A stretch of DNA of 64,000 nucleotides from Eutreptiella sp. 'Long Island Sound 2002' (GCA_964036045.1 OZ038379.1:3162001-3226000); one strand, 5' to 3'. Counted from the first letter of the stretch, positions 52,198-64,000 are shown. The notes: generated by a model from the letters alone, not told the origin. Translations and numbers: made by a program.

Positions 52198-52513
52198 CGC
52201 TGCTCCTTTGTCAATGCCGATCACGGGGGTGCTCTTGATGACGCGCAGGTCTGTGATGTTGAAGTGGACAAGGACAGTCCCCCCGTTCTCTTGCTCCAGG
52301 GCCACAAACGCAGTGTCCGCACCGCAGACCAGTGCCCCGGCAGCGAGGCAGGCACTGTTGAGGCACTCGGGGATTTGAGGGGCGAGAGTGCTGTACATGG
52401 ACGCCGGAGGGGTGATGAGGGGGAGGGCGATGACAGTGATTTGCCACCGCTCCTGCCAGACGCCGTTCAGGTAGATGATGGTCTGGTTGTCAGAGTTGGA
52501 CGGGATGTGCAGA
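52198..52513 (-). CDS. Exon 4 (LHIPSNSDNQTIIYLNG...IGIDKGAA), beta-rich
   Basis: Acceptor CTCGTCGCAG, donor GTCTCG (donor position less sure), phases 2/0. Confidence 0.83.
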
Positions 52514-52612
52514 CTGCGACGAGGACATCACACGTGAGGAGATGGACGTGTGGGGCTGGAGGGGACAGGGGCAGACAAGGAAGGAAGCACCGCGCGCAGG
52601 AGGCCTTACCCA

Positions 52613-52804
52613 CGGACCGGCGAGCGAGGCTGTGCACACCAAATACCCCACCATCTGAGTGGCAGGAAGGGTCAGGTTTGTGCACACAAATCAGTTTTGT
52701 TGTGTTCTGCATGCCAAATGCCTTCCCATCCGGCCACCGAGGGGTGTCTTGCGCACAAAATGCCTGGCCCGATGATGCTTCACGATTGGCATATCACGCG
52801 CCTG
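52613..52804 (+). repeat. 192-bp dispersed repeat, near-identical copy at 32241-32432
   Basis: Direct comparison, few substitutions. Confidence 0.9.
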
Positions 52805-54454
52805 CGGCACCGTGCCCTTGCGCACCCCCTCTTGGGCCCGCCAGGCCCCAGTGAGCTCGTGAGCTCGTCAGCTCGAAGGGGGTCCGCAGTGCGGCGCTGC
52901 CTCGCGAGGTACCTATGCTCTGTGCTACCGTGCAAGCCCATGTGGTGGCGTCTCGCCGACCAGGGGGCCAACGGTCCAATGCGCTGCTACCCCAAGTGAA
53001 GGGCCGGGTGTTCATTCCCGGCCCCACACCTCCCGATGGGCAGGCGTTTTGAGCTTGCTCGCCCCGGGGCCTAGGGGCCGACAGTCTGCGATCTCCGTGG
53101 GTCGGGGTGTGTAGTGGTGCAAGTTGGCATCCAGGTGGTACTCCCACGCACCCCATGCCCCGATTTGCACAGTGCCGGCGTGGCTGTTCAGATCATCTCA
53201 TGATGCACACACACACACGAGTGTTCGCATGTTGGCAGGTCGCACACTGGCAGTGCCCACTCGCGACCCTCTTCACTCTGCACCGGAAACATGGGGCCAG
53301 ACCACGATCAAGGAAAATAGGCAATATTCGGAATAGAGAGGAGAAGAATGCCGCGGGCTGAACGCAGAGATTGGGACGAGACCATCATTCAAGTGGGGGC
53401 AAATATGTGAACACAATATGCACACGATGCCATTCCCAGACCTGGATGCCCCACGTGTTTGCGTTGTTCAAGCGTGGTCGCCATCCTTTCAGAGTCCTTG
53501 TCGGGATACTGCGCCGGTGCACAGGGTAGCCAACATGGCCCACCAAATCCATCCCCACACCCCACTCATCTTCCACAGTTCAACTCACTCGCCACTCTCT
53601 TGTCTCCCACATCTATCTCCTGTCGTGCAAAGGGACCACCCATTGCCACAGTGTCATTGCATTGTATCAGACTACAATATCATATTGATACATTCATCAA
53701 TAGATAGAGAGGACCATTTACTTTGAGCCACACCCTCACACTAATGCCCTCACGGGCCATCCCTTTCCCGAGCTCCCTATTCCCTTGTTCCTACGCACAA
53801 ATCCCTTGCCAATTCATCCTTGGACATGTATTGAATTACAGGTTATATTCCCAATCGATGAGGACGGCTGTAGACAAAGCCCGTTGACCTTACAAGTAGC
53901 AAGAGGGGCACTGTGGTCGTGCCGAAGTTGGGGTCACACTATGATTTGTGCGACTTGTCAAGACCAACACTAACACCCTAGCCTTGAAGTCATGAAGTCA
54001 CTACAACTGACCCAAAGGTATATGATGAGGAATGCGCATGGTTGCAGCGTTGCCCTGTAAGCTAGACATCAGATAACCTCTGGTGCCTGTGCTTTGGCAA
54101 GGCCTACAGCCACCACTTCGGCATTGAAGAAACCCCTCAAAACCCAGTCCTACTACATGAGGTGCAGGTTCCGCAACTTTTGGAACCATGAAATTGTGGT
54201 TTCTTTTTTGGGTCACAGCCAATATCAATTCATCTGCTGCATTCAAAAGTGAGGCAAATGCAGCACGGCATGCCAGACATCAGCAAGAAACAAACCAAGT
54301 TTTAAACACCCCCTGACCCCCCCCCTTTCAAAAAAGCGGCACCCCGCCGGGCCGAGGGGGGGGGGGGGGGCTGAGGGGTCATGGACAAAATCATTGGGGA
54401 TCACTTTGTGGACAGCCAAATGGAGGCTTTCCTCCGCAAAACACGAACAAGTGC

Positions 54455-54963
54455 GTTACACCAGAAGTATCACCCGGAGTCCTTTTCCGGTTCTTTTGCG
54501 CTGCAGCTGACGGACCCACAGATGGACAAGGAATGGGGATGCTGAATGCACCCCGTCTCATGTCGTCGTAGAGGGCCCCGCATTGGATGGACCAGAGTGT
54601 GGCGATGCACCTGGGCTTGCATGGTGAAGACCACCCACTATCAGGGCAGGGGGCAGGCAGAGGTCCATAGAGAGGGGTGGCAGGGAGAAGGGGCACGGCA
54701 GGGGGAGGCGAGGCTGCTGGGAGTTTCCTTTTGTTGTGGGAGGGGGTGGCGCTGCCCCTTCCCCCCCCCCCCCACCCTTCCCAGGCTCCGTGGAGGTTCT
54801 GAGTTTTGAGAGATTTGTTACCTTGACGGCAGCAGCCCGTCCCAACCGAACAGATCCAAAAAGGCGATCATCAGTGAGCCACGAGCGCCCAACTGAGCAC
54901 CGTTGCCCAGAAAATGAAACAAAGGACGGCAAGAGCGGCGCGATCGAAAGGATCGACCCCCCC

Positions 54964-55009
<46 letters not shown>

Positions 55010-55374
55010 ACACAGATATGACGTGTGACTATTGAGGGCCCCGCACATCGATGAATCGACGATTTGTCGTACCCGGCCGTCCCCTGTCCCCTCCCCTGTC
55101 CCTTCGCCTGACCGAAAAGCAGACATGCAGTAGGGTCTCGCTCTGGTGGCGCGTTTCATCGCCTCGTTACACCAGAAGTATCACCCGGAGTCCTTTTCCG
55201 GTTCTTTTGCGCTGCAGTTGACGGACCCACAGATGGACAAGGAATGGGGATGCTGAATGCACCCCGTCTCATGTCGTCGTAGAGGGCCCCGCATTGGATG
55301 GACCAGAGTGTGGCGATGCACCTGGGCTTGCATGGTGAAGACCACCCACTATCAGGGCAGGGGGCAGGCAGAGG
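54455..55374 (+). repeat. About 209-bp direct repeats (54455-54663, 55166-55374) flanking an about 480-bp element also found split at 57022-57235 (+) and 57602-57854 (inverted)
   Basis: Direct comparison. Confidence 0.88.
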
Positions 55375-55436
55375 CAGGGGGTGCCATAATGAAAAAAAAA
55401 AGTCAGAGTGTCCAATACGCCCTACGATGGCGGCCG

Positions 55437-55630
55437 GTGGGTAACCGATGGCGGTTGGTGGGTAACCGATGGCGGTTGGTGTGTAACCGATGGCGGTTGG
55501 TGGGTAACCGATGACGGTTGGTGGGTAACCGATGGCGGTTGGTGGGTAACCGATGGCGGTTGGTGGGTAACCGATGGCGGTTGGTGGGTAACCGATGGCG
55601 GTTGGTGGGTAACCGATGGCGGTTGGTGGA
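55437..55630 (+). repeat. 21-bp minisatellite GGTGGGTAACCGATGGCGGTT x9
   Basis: Seen directly. Confidence 0.95.
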
Positions 55631-55804
55631 TAGCCACCAAACATCAGAGAGTGGATGCCAAAGTAAAATAAAAAAAAACGGTGAGCGTCCTTATGGCACC
55701 CCCTGGGCAGAGGTCCATGGAGAGGAATGGCAGGCACAAGGCGTTGGAGGGGACAGAACAGGGACAGGACGGGCGGGGCGCGGGTGGGGGGGTCCGACAG
55801 ACAC

Positions 55805-55968
55805 CTGCGAAGGCTGTGGAGCTGCAGCTCATCCTCCGTAAACGAGTGCTGCAGCAGCAACTGGCCAGTGGCTGAAAAGGCAGTGACTGTGCCGTGCGGG
55901 CGCTGGAAGGTGAACTGGTACGTCGCATCGAAGCGCGAAAAGATCTCGGCGAACAATGACGCCGTGGC
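55805..55968 (-). CDS. Exon 3 (ATASLFAEIFSRFD...LHSLR)
   Basis: Acceptor CCTCCCCAG, donor GTGTCT, phases 0/2. Confidence 0.87.
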
Positions 55969-58200
55969 CTGGGGAGGTCGCATGAGGCATGTGCATCGCC
56001 ACCGCAACAGCAGCGCACCGCCCACCAGATGCAACAGCCACCCCAAACAAGAAGCGTGGCCCCCCCAACAAATACACCTCTGCTCACGCAACAGCCGCCC
56101 ATTGACCACGGGGGGGGGGGGGGACCCCTTGGGTTGGGGCACCATCCTCTCCCCCAACTAACTGTCGGCCGGAGGTCCCCTTCGAAGGGGGGGGGGGGGA
56201 CGGGAGGAGTCCCAGGAGGGGCGGGGCAATGGGGGGGGGGGGGGGTTACATGCCTCCAACCCGTTGGTCCATCAAAATCTCCCCTGCTCTGTGGACCCCA
56301 ACCCAAATCTTTAACCCAAACCGAACCCTAACCTTCGCAGCTGGTTGGTTCGGCCCGTGGACGGTTGGGCGCCTTCGGCGCCCATGGACACCTCAAGCCG
56401 GTACCTTTGGCAACTGACTGCCGGCTGGAGGCCCGAAAGGGGAGGGGGGGGATATGGTGCCCCAGGACCAGCGGAGTGAGGGCCCCCGGGCCGTTGACAT
56501 GCTGTTGTGCACTTCTACGCGCCGCGCCGTCTGCGGGTTCCCCCTTCCCCGAATTGAACAGTTCAGCGATGTCTTGTACAAAATCCGTCGGTTAACGGAA
56601 GAGGGGTCTGATCAGCCGCGACTTCCACGTCCCCGGCGACTGTTACATGAATCCGAGAGCACGGCTTTGTGGTTCATCTTCTGTGCACTCATACGGGGCC
56701 ATGACCATTCACCCGGTGCCTCCATCCCCGCATTCAGCGGCTTTGGCTCCACTTTGCTCTTCGTTTTTGCAACCGCTGTGCTTCATGGGTGGGAGGGGTA
56801 GGGGGGGGCACAAAAGGCAAAGCCCATATGTACAGTCGGCGCAAAGCAAATGTTTGTTTGTACACAAAGTACACACGTCTCACAGATGTACAGTTACTGT
56901 GGACGGCGCCCTCCCAAAGGCTGAACCCTGTTTAACAGAGCCATCAACATCAGGAGCTGGCCGAACCAGTTCACTCGGAGGCTCATGACTCACACCAGTT
57001 GCCTTTGCTTTTTGCACTCAAGAAGGGGCACGGCAGGGGGAGGCGAGGCTGCTGGGAGTTCCCTTTTGTTGTGGGAGGGGGTGGCGCTGCCCTTCCCCCC
57101 CCCCCCCCCAGCCTTCCCAGGCTTCCGTGGAGGTTCTGAGTTTTGAGAGATTTGTTACCTTGACGGCAGCAGCCCGTCCCAACCGAACAGATACAAAAAG
57201 GCGATCATCAGTGAGCCACGAGCGCCCAACTGAGCCCACAGTAGGAGAGGTCCTCACCGGCTCAGGGCTCAGCCCCCCACCGGCAGAGGGGGAGTGGGGG
57301 GTGACCCCAGGAGCAGCAGCCACACCAGGGCACCGAAGGATGACAGCAGCCACACCTGACGCCAACAGGACACGCGTGATCTGCTGTGGGCATGGGCTGA
57401 GCTGCAGATTGACCCCACCATCCCACAGTAGGAGAGGACAAGGATGGGTACAATGACATTGATGGGGAAGGGGGGGGGGCTCAGAGGAGGTGTAGGTGGA
57501 ACCTGCGGTAGACCAACCTTGTTTGACCGACACCTGCCAAGAGTTAATGGAGCACAGAACTTGAAAAAGAAATGGGAAGGAATGACAATGCAACTTGGTG
57601 AGAGGCGATGAAACGCACCACCAGAGCGAGACCCTACTGCATATCTGCTTTTCGGTCAGGCGAAGGGACAGGGGAGGGGACAGGGGACGGCCGGGTACGA
57701 CAAATCGTCGATTCATCGATGTGCGGGGCCCTCAATAGTCGCACGTCATATCTGTGTTCGTGTGTGTGTGTGTGTGTGTGTGAGGGGGGGGGGGTCGATC
57801 CTTTCGATCGTGCCGCTCTTGCCGTCCTTTGTTTCATTTTCTGGGCAACAGTGCCCAGCACTTCTCCTGCAGGGCTGCCCTGGACCTTCGGCTGCCGTGA
57901 TGCGGTGGGGTTTCGGATGGGGATTCGGGATTTCCGTCGTCGGTGACCCGAACGCCTCAATGCCCAATGTCACGCTAAAATCTGCTTCGTCCAGCCTCAG
58001 CCCTGTGGGTTCCCCCGCCTCTGCAGCCCTCCGGGTGGCGGACCCAACATGGTGGGGTCAATCTGCAGCTCAGCCCATGCCCACAACAGATCACGCGTGT
58101 CCTGTTGGCGTCAGGTGTGACTGCTGCTCCTGGGGTCACCCCCCACTCCCCTTCTGCCGGTGGGGGGCTGAGTTCGTGAGTCCGCCTTGCCCTCACAGAC

Positions 58201-58372
58201 CTGCGTGTGCATGAGGCGGTGCCGCTGCACTGTGGGGTCCGTCGAGATTGCATTTAGGTACCGGGGCTGGGGGCCGCGGCTGATGACGGCGAGGGTCAGC
58301 GCCCCGCTGGAGGTTTCCACCAACAAATTGACGGTCCCGGTGGCCTCAGTCTGTGCGTTGATGAAACCGGAC
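58201..58372 (-). CDS. Exon 2 (SGFINAQTEATG...HRLMHTQ)
   Basis: Acceptor CCCCCTGTCTTCAG, donor GTCTGT, phases 2/0. Confidence 0.88.
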
Positions 58373-58988
58373 CTGAAGACAGGGGGACGCAGAATAAGAG
58401 GTGTGGGCAGGATGGGGCACTGCACACGCGAGCGCACGTCATGGGTCTGAGGGCCGTCCCCGGGGGTGGGGGCGATTGTGAACGCCGAACTCCCCCCTTC
58501 CCTTCCCACCCCCTTCCCGCTTGCGCAACTACAGGCAAAGTTCCAGTCTCCAAGCCAAAAGGTCCGACGGGTCTCCGTGGTTGAAAATTCCCGTGTTAGG
58601 GGGAGCGGCTGCACGGGGCGCGCACGGTACGCAGGGAAATGGCGAACGCCACAAACGTGCTGCTGGGGTTTGGAGAGGCGCCCTAAAATCGCGAATTTGT
58701 GATACAAAACCACGAATCAGAAGCATCAAATTGCAAATCTGTGCTGTGACGCCGATGCAGCCACAACAGTGGGACTTCTCCAGCACAGAGCGCACCGGGC
58801 AGCCGCTCCCTCGCATGCGCCACGGCAACCCGTTTGGGGCCCTTAATGGCAGAGTTCGTTTTGTGCCATTGAACTCTTCTCTTGACATTGTGTTCTAACA
58901 AAAGAAAAAAGGCACCGCCGAAACCAACAGCGAGAACAATGCGGTCTGACAGGGGCCCCGCGGTCGGACAAGCCCGTGGTTGTGCGAG

Positions 58989-59130
58989 GGGGGTGCCGTA
59001 GAGGCCGAGTGAGTGTACCGGTCGGCACTCCCGGGTGCACGTACGTGTTCACCTTTCGGCAGGGTATCCTCCACACAATGGATGCTTGTTCTTCCAAGGC
59101 CCTGCAGTGGGGCCGAGGCAGTGGACAGAG
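58989..59130 (+). repeat. Dispersed family (TGTTCACCTTT..ATCCTCCACACAAT core); other copies 7285-7395, 34063-34215
   Basis: Direct comparison. Confidence 0.8.
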
Positions 59131-59369
59131 GGGGCCGCAAACACATTCAACAACATAGAGCGGGTCTACAGCAGGGCAATAGCGTTCTCGAACCGTAGAT
59201 GCTCAGTCCCGTTAGAGTCCATGCTCCCAACATCATAGGTATGTACAGTGAGCTCTTCTATACGTACAGCATTCAGAGAGAGGGGGGGGGGGGGGGGGGG
59301 CGCCAATAAGGCTGAGTAAGTACGTACGGAGTAAGGCTGAGTAAGTAAGGTCGGTACTTCCGGGTTTAC

Positions 59370-59495
59370 GTACTGAAGCGCACAGTCCCAGTGCTGCTTC
59401 GCACAACAGCGGTCATCCACAGCAACGGGGGATGGCCTCCACAAGACCCGAACAAGTGCGTTACACGGGAAGTATCAACCGGAGTTTTTCCCCCA
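59370..59495 (+). repeat. Dispersed repeat; inverted copy at 4935-5075, partial copies 54440-54490 and 55166-55200
   Basis: Shared GCGCACAG..GCTG.TTCGCACAACA..ACAAGACCCGA.CAAGTGC..GAAGTATCAACCGG. Confidence 0.75.
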
Positions 59496-60420
59496 CCGGA
59501 ATGCATCAGCCCCCCATCGCGTGATGGGGGACAACCAGCCCACGTATCCGTGGGTGGAGGGTTCCCTCCCGAAAGGCCACACATCAGACCTCGGTTCCTT
59601 TCTGTGCTGACAGAGCTTGCGTCACGGGTGGCTGTGGCATGAAGCCGTGGTATTTTGTTGTCTGCTGTTGGCGGTGCCAATCGGCCTCTCGCCAATGTCA
59701 TCACTGACTCCGGTGGTGCCAACGCAGCTTCTGGTTGTGCCAGCGGAACCGCAGGACTTTCCCTGTTCCACACCTCCGTGATCGGTCATCACAGACGGGG
59801 GGGCTTTCACCCACTTGGTTCCCTCGGCCTCCTACCTGCTCCTTTTCTTCCGGCCTTTGCCTTTGATTCAGAGGGGGGGGGTATGCAAAAGGGGGGGGGG
59901 GGGCACAGCCGTTTGCATCCCTGACAACAAAGCAACATCAGCCTGAGCCTCAGGCCCCGCTTCCCTTACGATTTTTTGAATACGAAAATTATGGAAAATT
60001 ACGGGATAACGGTACGAAAAATTCGGATGCAATTATGATCTTTTGTGCCCATTAGCCGTCCACTTTCCCCCTTATTGGGCTACTATTTGGCGGCACTCCA
60101 CGGCTCACCTGGGTAGTCTACGGTGCTCCCGCCACTGTCATTCAGGAAGGTGACATGCGGTACGACAAATTGTAGTTCGGGCTGGTTCTTTGCGCGGAGG
60201 ATAAAGCCACTTCCGCTTCCATCCACACCCCCACCGCAGCATCCCCCAGCCTCAGCCTCAGCCTGTGCCTTCGCCTGAGTCTTAGCCGCAACCAGAGCCC
60301 CAGCCTGAGCCTGTCAGCCGCGCCCTCACCCTGATCGACATTCACCATCCGAACCCCCCAAAACCTACCCCCAACCTCAGAAGGAGCCAGAGGCCAAAAG
60401 GACTGGGTTTCACACGATAC

Positions 60421-63400
60421 CTGACGGTTCCGCCCACCATAAATGAGGCAATGACAGTGTCATCGTTGCTGTTGAAGACCAGTAACGGCGACCCTCCAGC
60501 GTATATCAACCGATGGTACTCGTCCGCCACCAGCACAGAGGCCCCCGTCGTCTGCACCGGAATCTCCCGCGGCCTTGAGATCGCCACGTTCTTCCCCCGG
60601 CAAGCCGGCTCCAGATACCCCGCGAAGCACTCCTGGCAATGGTCGCCGGCCCAAAACCCCCGCTCCTCGTCCTCAAAGCACGTGCAGATGCCGTCCAACC
60701 ACCCACAAACGCCATTGTCGTTGCAGTCACATATCTCCGCGCAATCCAAACCCCAGTACCCCGGTTCGCACCGGTTGCACTCCGCCCCCGTCCACATCCC
60801 GGTCCTGTTGCGCTGACACTCGCACTGCCCGGTGACAGGGTTGCACTGTGGATGCGGCGCGGGGTACACCTCCGCCGGGAAGCAGTCGGCCGCCAGGCAA
60901 TAAACTGTGCAGTCCGCAGTGTACCAGTCGGCGTCGCACGCGCACGTCCCATCGCGCGTGTGGTTGTCCTGGCACACCCCGTGCCCGTAGCAGGGCGTCT
61001 CAGGCGACCCAGGGCACGCCGCGCTGCAGTCCGCAGCCCCGTACCCGGGCTGGCACACGCACACGCGACCCACTGTCTGCCCCGCAACGCAGCGCCGGGC
61101 GCAATCCTCCCCGAACCAGCCCGCCGCGCATGCCTCGCAGTGCCCGCCGGCCCAGTACCCCTGTGCCGCATCGGCAAAGCACTCGCACTGCGCCGTCGCC
61201 TGCACGCAGAGCCCATGGGCGTTGCAGGGGCGGGACCAAGGGTCGGCCGCATCGAATCCGGGGCAGAGCAGGTCGCAGGCATCGCCTGCGTAGCCCGGCG
61301 CGCAGCGGCACGACCCGTCCGCCTCCTGGCACCAGCCGTGCCCCGCGCACACCTCCCCGGCCCTGCGCAGGCACACGATGCCGCACGCGGGCCCGGCGAA
61401 CCCGGCGTAGCAGAGGCACGCCCCCGTCGCGTTGCAGTCGCCGTGCCCCGTGCACACGTCGTCGGCGGGGCCCGGGCAGCGGAACCCGCAGTACGGCCCG
61501 ACGTACCCGGCGTCGCACTGGCACGCCCCGTCGCCGTACACCTTCGCAAGGCAGTGGCCGTGGCCGTGGCACTCCCGCAGCGGCACCCCCTTCCGGGGGC
61601 ACTGCAGGAGGCAGTCCCGCCCGTACCATCCGGTGGGGCAGGACAGGGCGTCGCAGGAGGGGCCCGTGAGGTTGCACGCCACCCCGCACACCTCCGCGCC
61701 CACGCAGTCGCAGATGCCCTCGCGGCAGCGCATGCCGGAGCACGGCCGGCCCCCGATCCCGATCGGGCAGGGCACGGTGCACTGCTGCCCGGACCAGCCC
61801 TCCGCGCACTCCCCACAGGACGTCCCCGCCCAATAGCCCCGCGCCACCGACAGCTCGCAGGCACAGGCCCCGGTCGCGGGATCACACGTGCCGTGGCTGG
61901 AGCACGGGAAATCGGCGCCGCCAGGGCACTCGGACTCGCAAACGGCACCGTAGTATCCGCCGGCGCACACGCAGATTGCGGCGCCACCGGGTCCGTCCTG
62001 GCACACGCCGGCGCCGGCGCACACCGCGGCGCCGACTCCGCCTCGGGGGCAGGGGATATCGCACCTGAGGCCCACCCATCCGGTCGCACATACCTCACAG
62101 GCCTGGCCTTCCCAGTACTGCCCCGGGGGTGCCGCGCTGCAGTTGCAGACGGCGGCGTCGGTGTCGCAGACCCCGACTCCGTTGCACACGCGGCCGGCGT
62201 GGCTGGCGCAGGAGCGCTCGCATGCCGCGCCGCCATACCCGACGTCGCAGGCGCACCGCCCGTCGCCAGCCACGCCGTCGGCGCACTGGCCGTGCCCCGA
62301 GCACGGCCCGGCGGCCCCCCCGGGGCAGGGGCCACAGCTGGGCCCCCAGTGCCCAGCGAGGCAGTCCCCACATGCCCGGCCCGCCCACATCCCGTCCGCT
62401 GCGGTCCGCACGCACACGCACTCGCCACTGCCGAAACGGCCGTCCCGGCACGTACCATGGCCGGCACACACGGCCCAGTCGCCGGCGGGCCCAGTGCCGC
62501 GAGGGCACGAGGAGTTGCAGTCGGGGCCGTACCACGCCGGCGCGCACTGCGAGCAGTCGGCGGCCTGCCACTGCGCGTCGCACGCGCATGTGCCATTCCC
62601 GGTGCGCCCACCGTCGCACACCCCGTGGCCGGAGCAAATCTCGCAGCCGCCACCAGGGCACTGACTCCTACAATGCGGGCCCCAATACCCGGCCAGGCAC
62701 TCCGTGCAGTTCGAGGGCCCGTTCCAGAACCCGTCGAGGTCGCTCTGGAAGCACTGGCACTGTGCGGTATCAGTGCCACACGCCCCGTGCCCGGCACAGA
62801 TCACGCCGCCCGGCAGCGGGCACAGCAGCGCGCAGCCAATCCCGACGTACCCGTACTCGCATTGGTCGCATGTGTCGCCGGCCCAGTACCCGTTGCGGCC
62901 GGAGCGGGTGCAGGCGCAAGAGGCGTTCGCGAGGCAGACCCCATGGCCGCTGCACACCCCCCCGCCCTCCGTGCGCCCCAGGCACGGCACTGCGCAGACC
63001 GGCCCGCGCCATTGGGGGTCGCACGCGCAAGTCCCGTCGCCGAGTCGTGTGGCGTTGCACGTGCCGTGGCCACCGCACGGCGCCGCGGCGCCGCCTGCGC
63101 ACTCCTTGGAGCAGTTCCCCCCGGCCCAGCCTGCGGCACACACGCAGACCTGGTCCTGGCTGGTGCCCTGGTAGCAGAGCAGGTGGCACGCCCCTCCGTG
63201 CCATCCCGCCGCGCACCCACCGCAGGCCGCGCCGGCCCAGTGCGCCGCGCATGTGCACGTGCCGTTCACCACATCGCACGACCCGTGGCCGTTGCATGGC
63301 CCCGAAGAAGGCCCCATTCCGGGGCACTCCACGTCGCACGCCGCGCCCGCGTAGCCCACGTCGCACGCGCACGTCCCGTTTCCGGCCGCGCCATCACGGC

Positions 63401-64000
63401 ACGTGCCACGGCTTGGGCCCCCGCACACCGCCCCAGCGGCCGCACGTGGGCACACGATGGCGCACGCCGGGCCCGCATACCCGGACGCGCACAGGCACTG
63501 AGCGGTGTCGGAACTGCAAGACCCGTGACCATTGCAGGTGCCGCCCCCAGGGCACGGCGTACTGCAGTCGGCGCGGGCGTATCCGGCCGCGCACACGCAC
63601 CGTCCGGAGCCTGCGACACCGTCCAGGCACTGTCCATGGCCACTACACGGGAGCGTCTTGCCGCCGGGGCACTCGTTCTGACACGCGGGGCCCCACGTGC
63701 CAGCCTCACACAGAGTGCACGCCGCCCCCGTGATCTCGCATGCCGCGCCGCACGCCCCGCTGTCGCACGCACACTGCCCATCGAGACATGGCCCGCGCCC
63801 ACTGCAGACGGCGCCCGTCGTGCCGTTGCCGCGGGGGCACGGGGTAACGCATGCAGCGCCAGACCAGCCGTTGGCGCAGACCGTACAGCCCAGCCCCGTC
63901 CAGTGCCCCGTCAATGCGTCTCCAGGAGCACAAACACAGGCCCCGGACGCATCGCACTGCCCATGGGCATTGCACACGCGCCCTTCGGCGAGGCCAGGGC
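60421..64000 (-). CDS. Exon 1 (partial): array of about 24 EGF/laminin-type EGF repeats, then start of beta-rich region
   Basis: Frame open to window edge (ORF-track M is a GTG); repeated CxGHGxC and GxWxGxxCxxCxxGW/YxGxxC motifs; donor AG|GTATCG at 60420. Confidence 0.93.

Noticed and set aside
60112-60240. Open frame ending in a GTGAG donor as exon 2
   Set aside because: No good acceptor; exon 1 joins 58372 directly to give GGTVRSGFI
60460-63975. Overlapping Arg/Ala-rich ORFs in other frames
   Set aside because: Shadows of the GC-rich EGF exon

Overview
Eukaryotic, repeat-rich nuclear DNA with many G/C homopolymers and microsatellites; the repeat style and donor-site consensus suggest a euglenozoan-like protist (inference only). 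Almost the whole window is one minus-strand gene whose 5' end lies beyond position 64000. I reconstructed 23 exons by hand, joined by 22 GT-AG introns with consistent phases, giving about 2700 aa in the window. Protein order: about two dozen EGF/laminin-EGF modules in one exon of more than 3.5 kb, a beta-rich propeller-like region, IPT/TIG and Ig-like domains, a Cys-rich GCC2/GCC3-like module, about 9 hydrophobic segments, and a Ser/Pro-rich tail. The last 2-3 exons are less certain. Introns hold a 5'-truncated non-LTR retrotransposon (RNase H + CCHC knuckle) and a diverged sister fragment; both sit in (ACACC)n arrays and share a 3' stem-loop. Introns also hold TIR/TSD MITEs, several dispersed repeat families biased to one orientation, tRNA-like relics, satellites and inverted repeats flanking an exon. 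No rRNA, CRISPR or intact transposase was seen.
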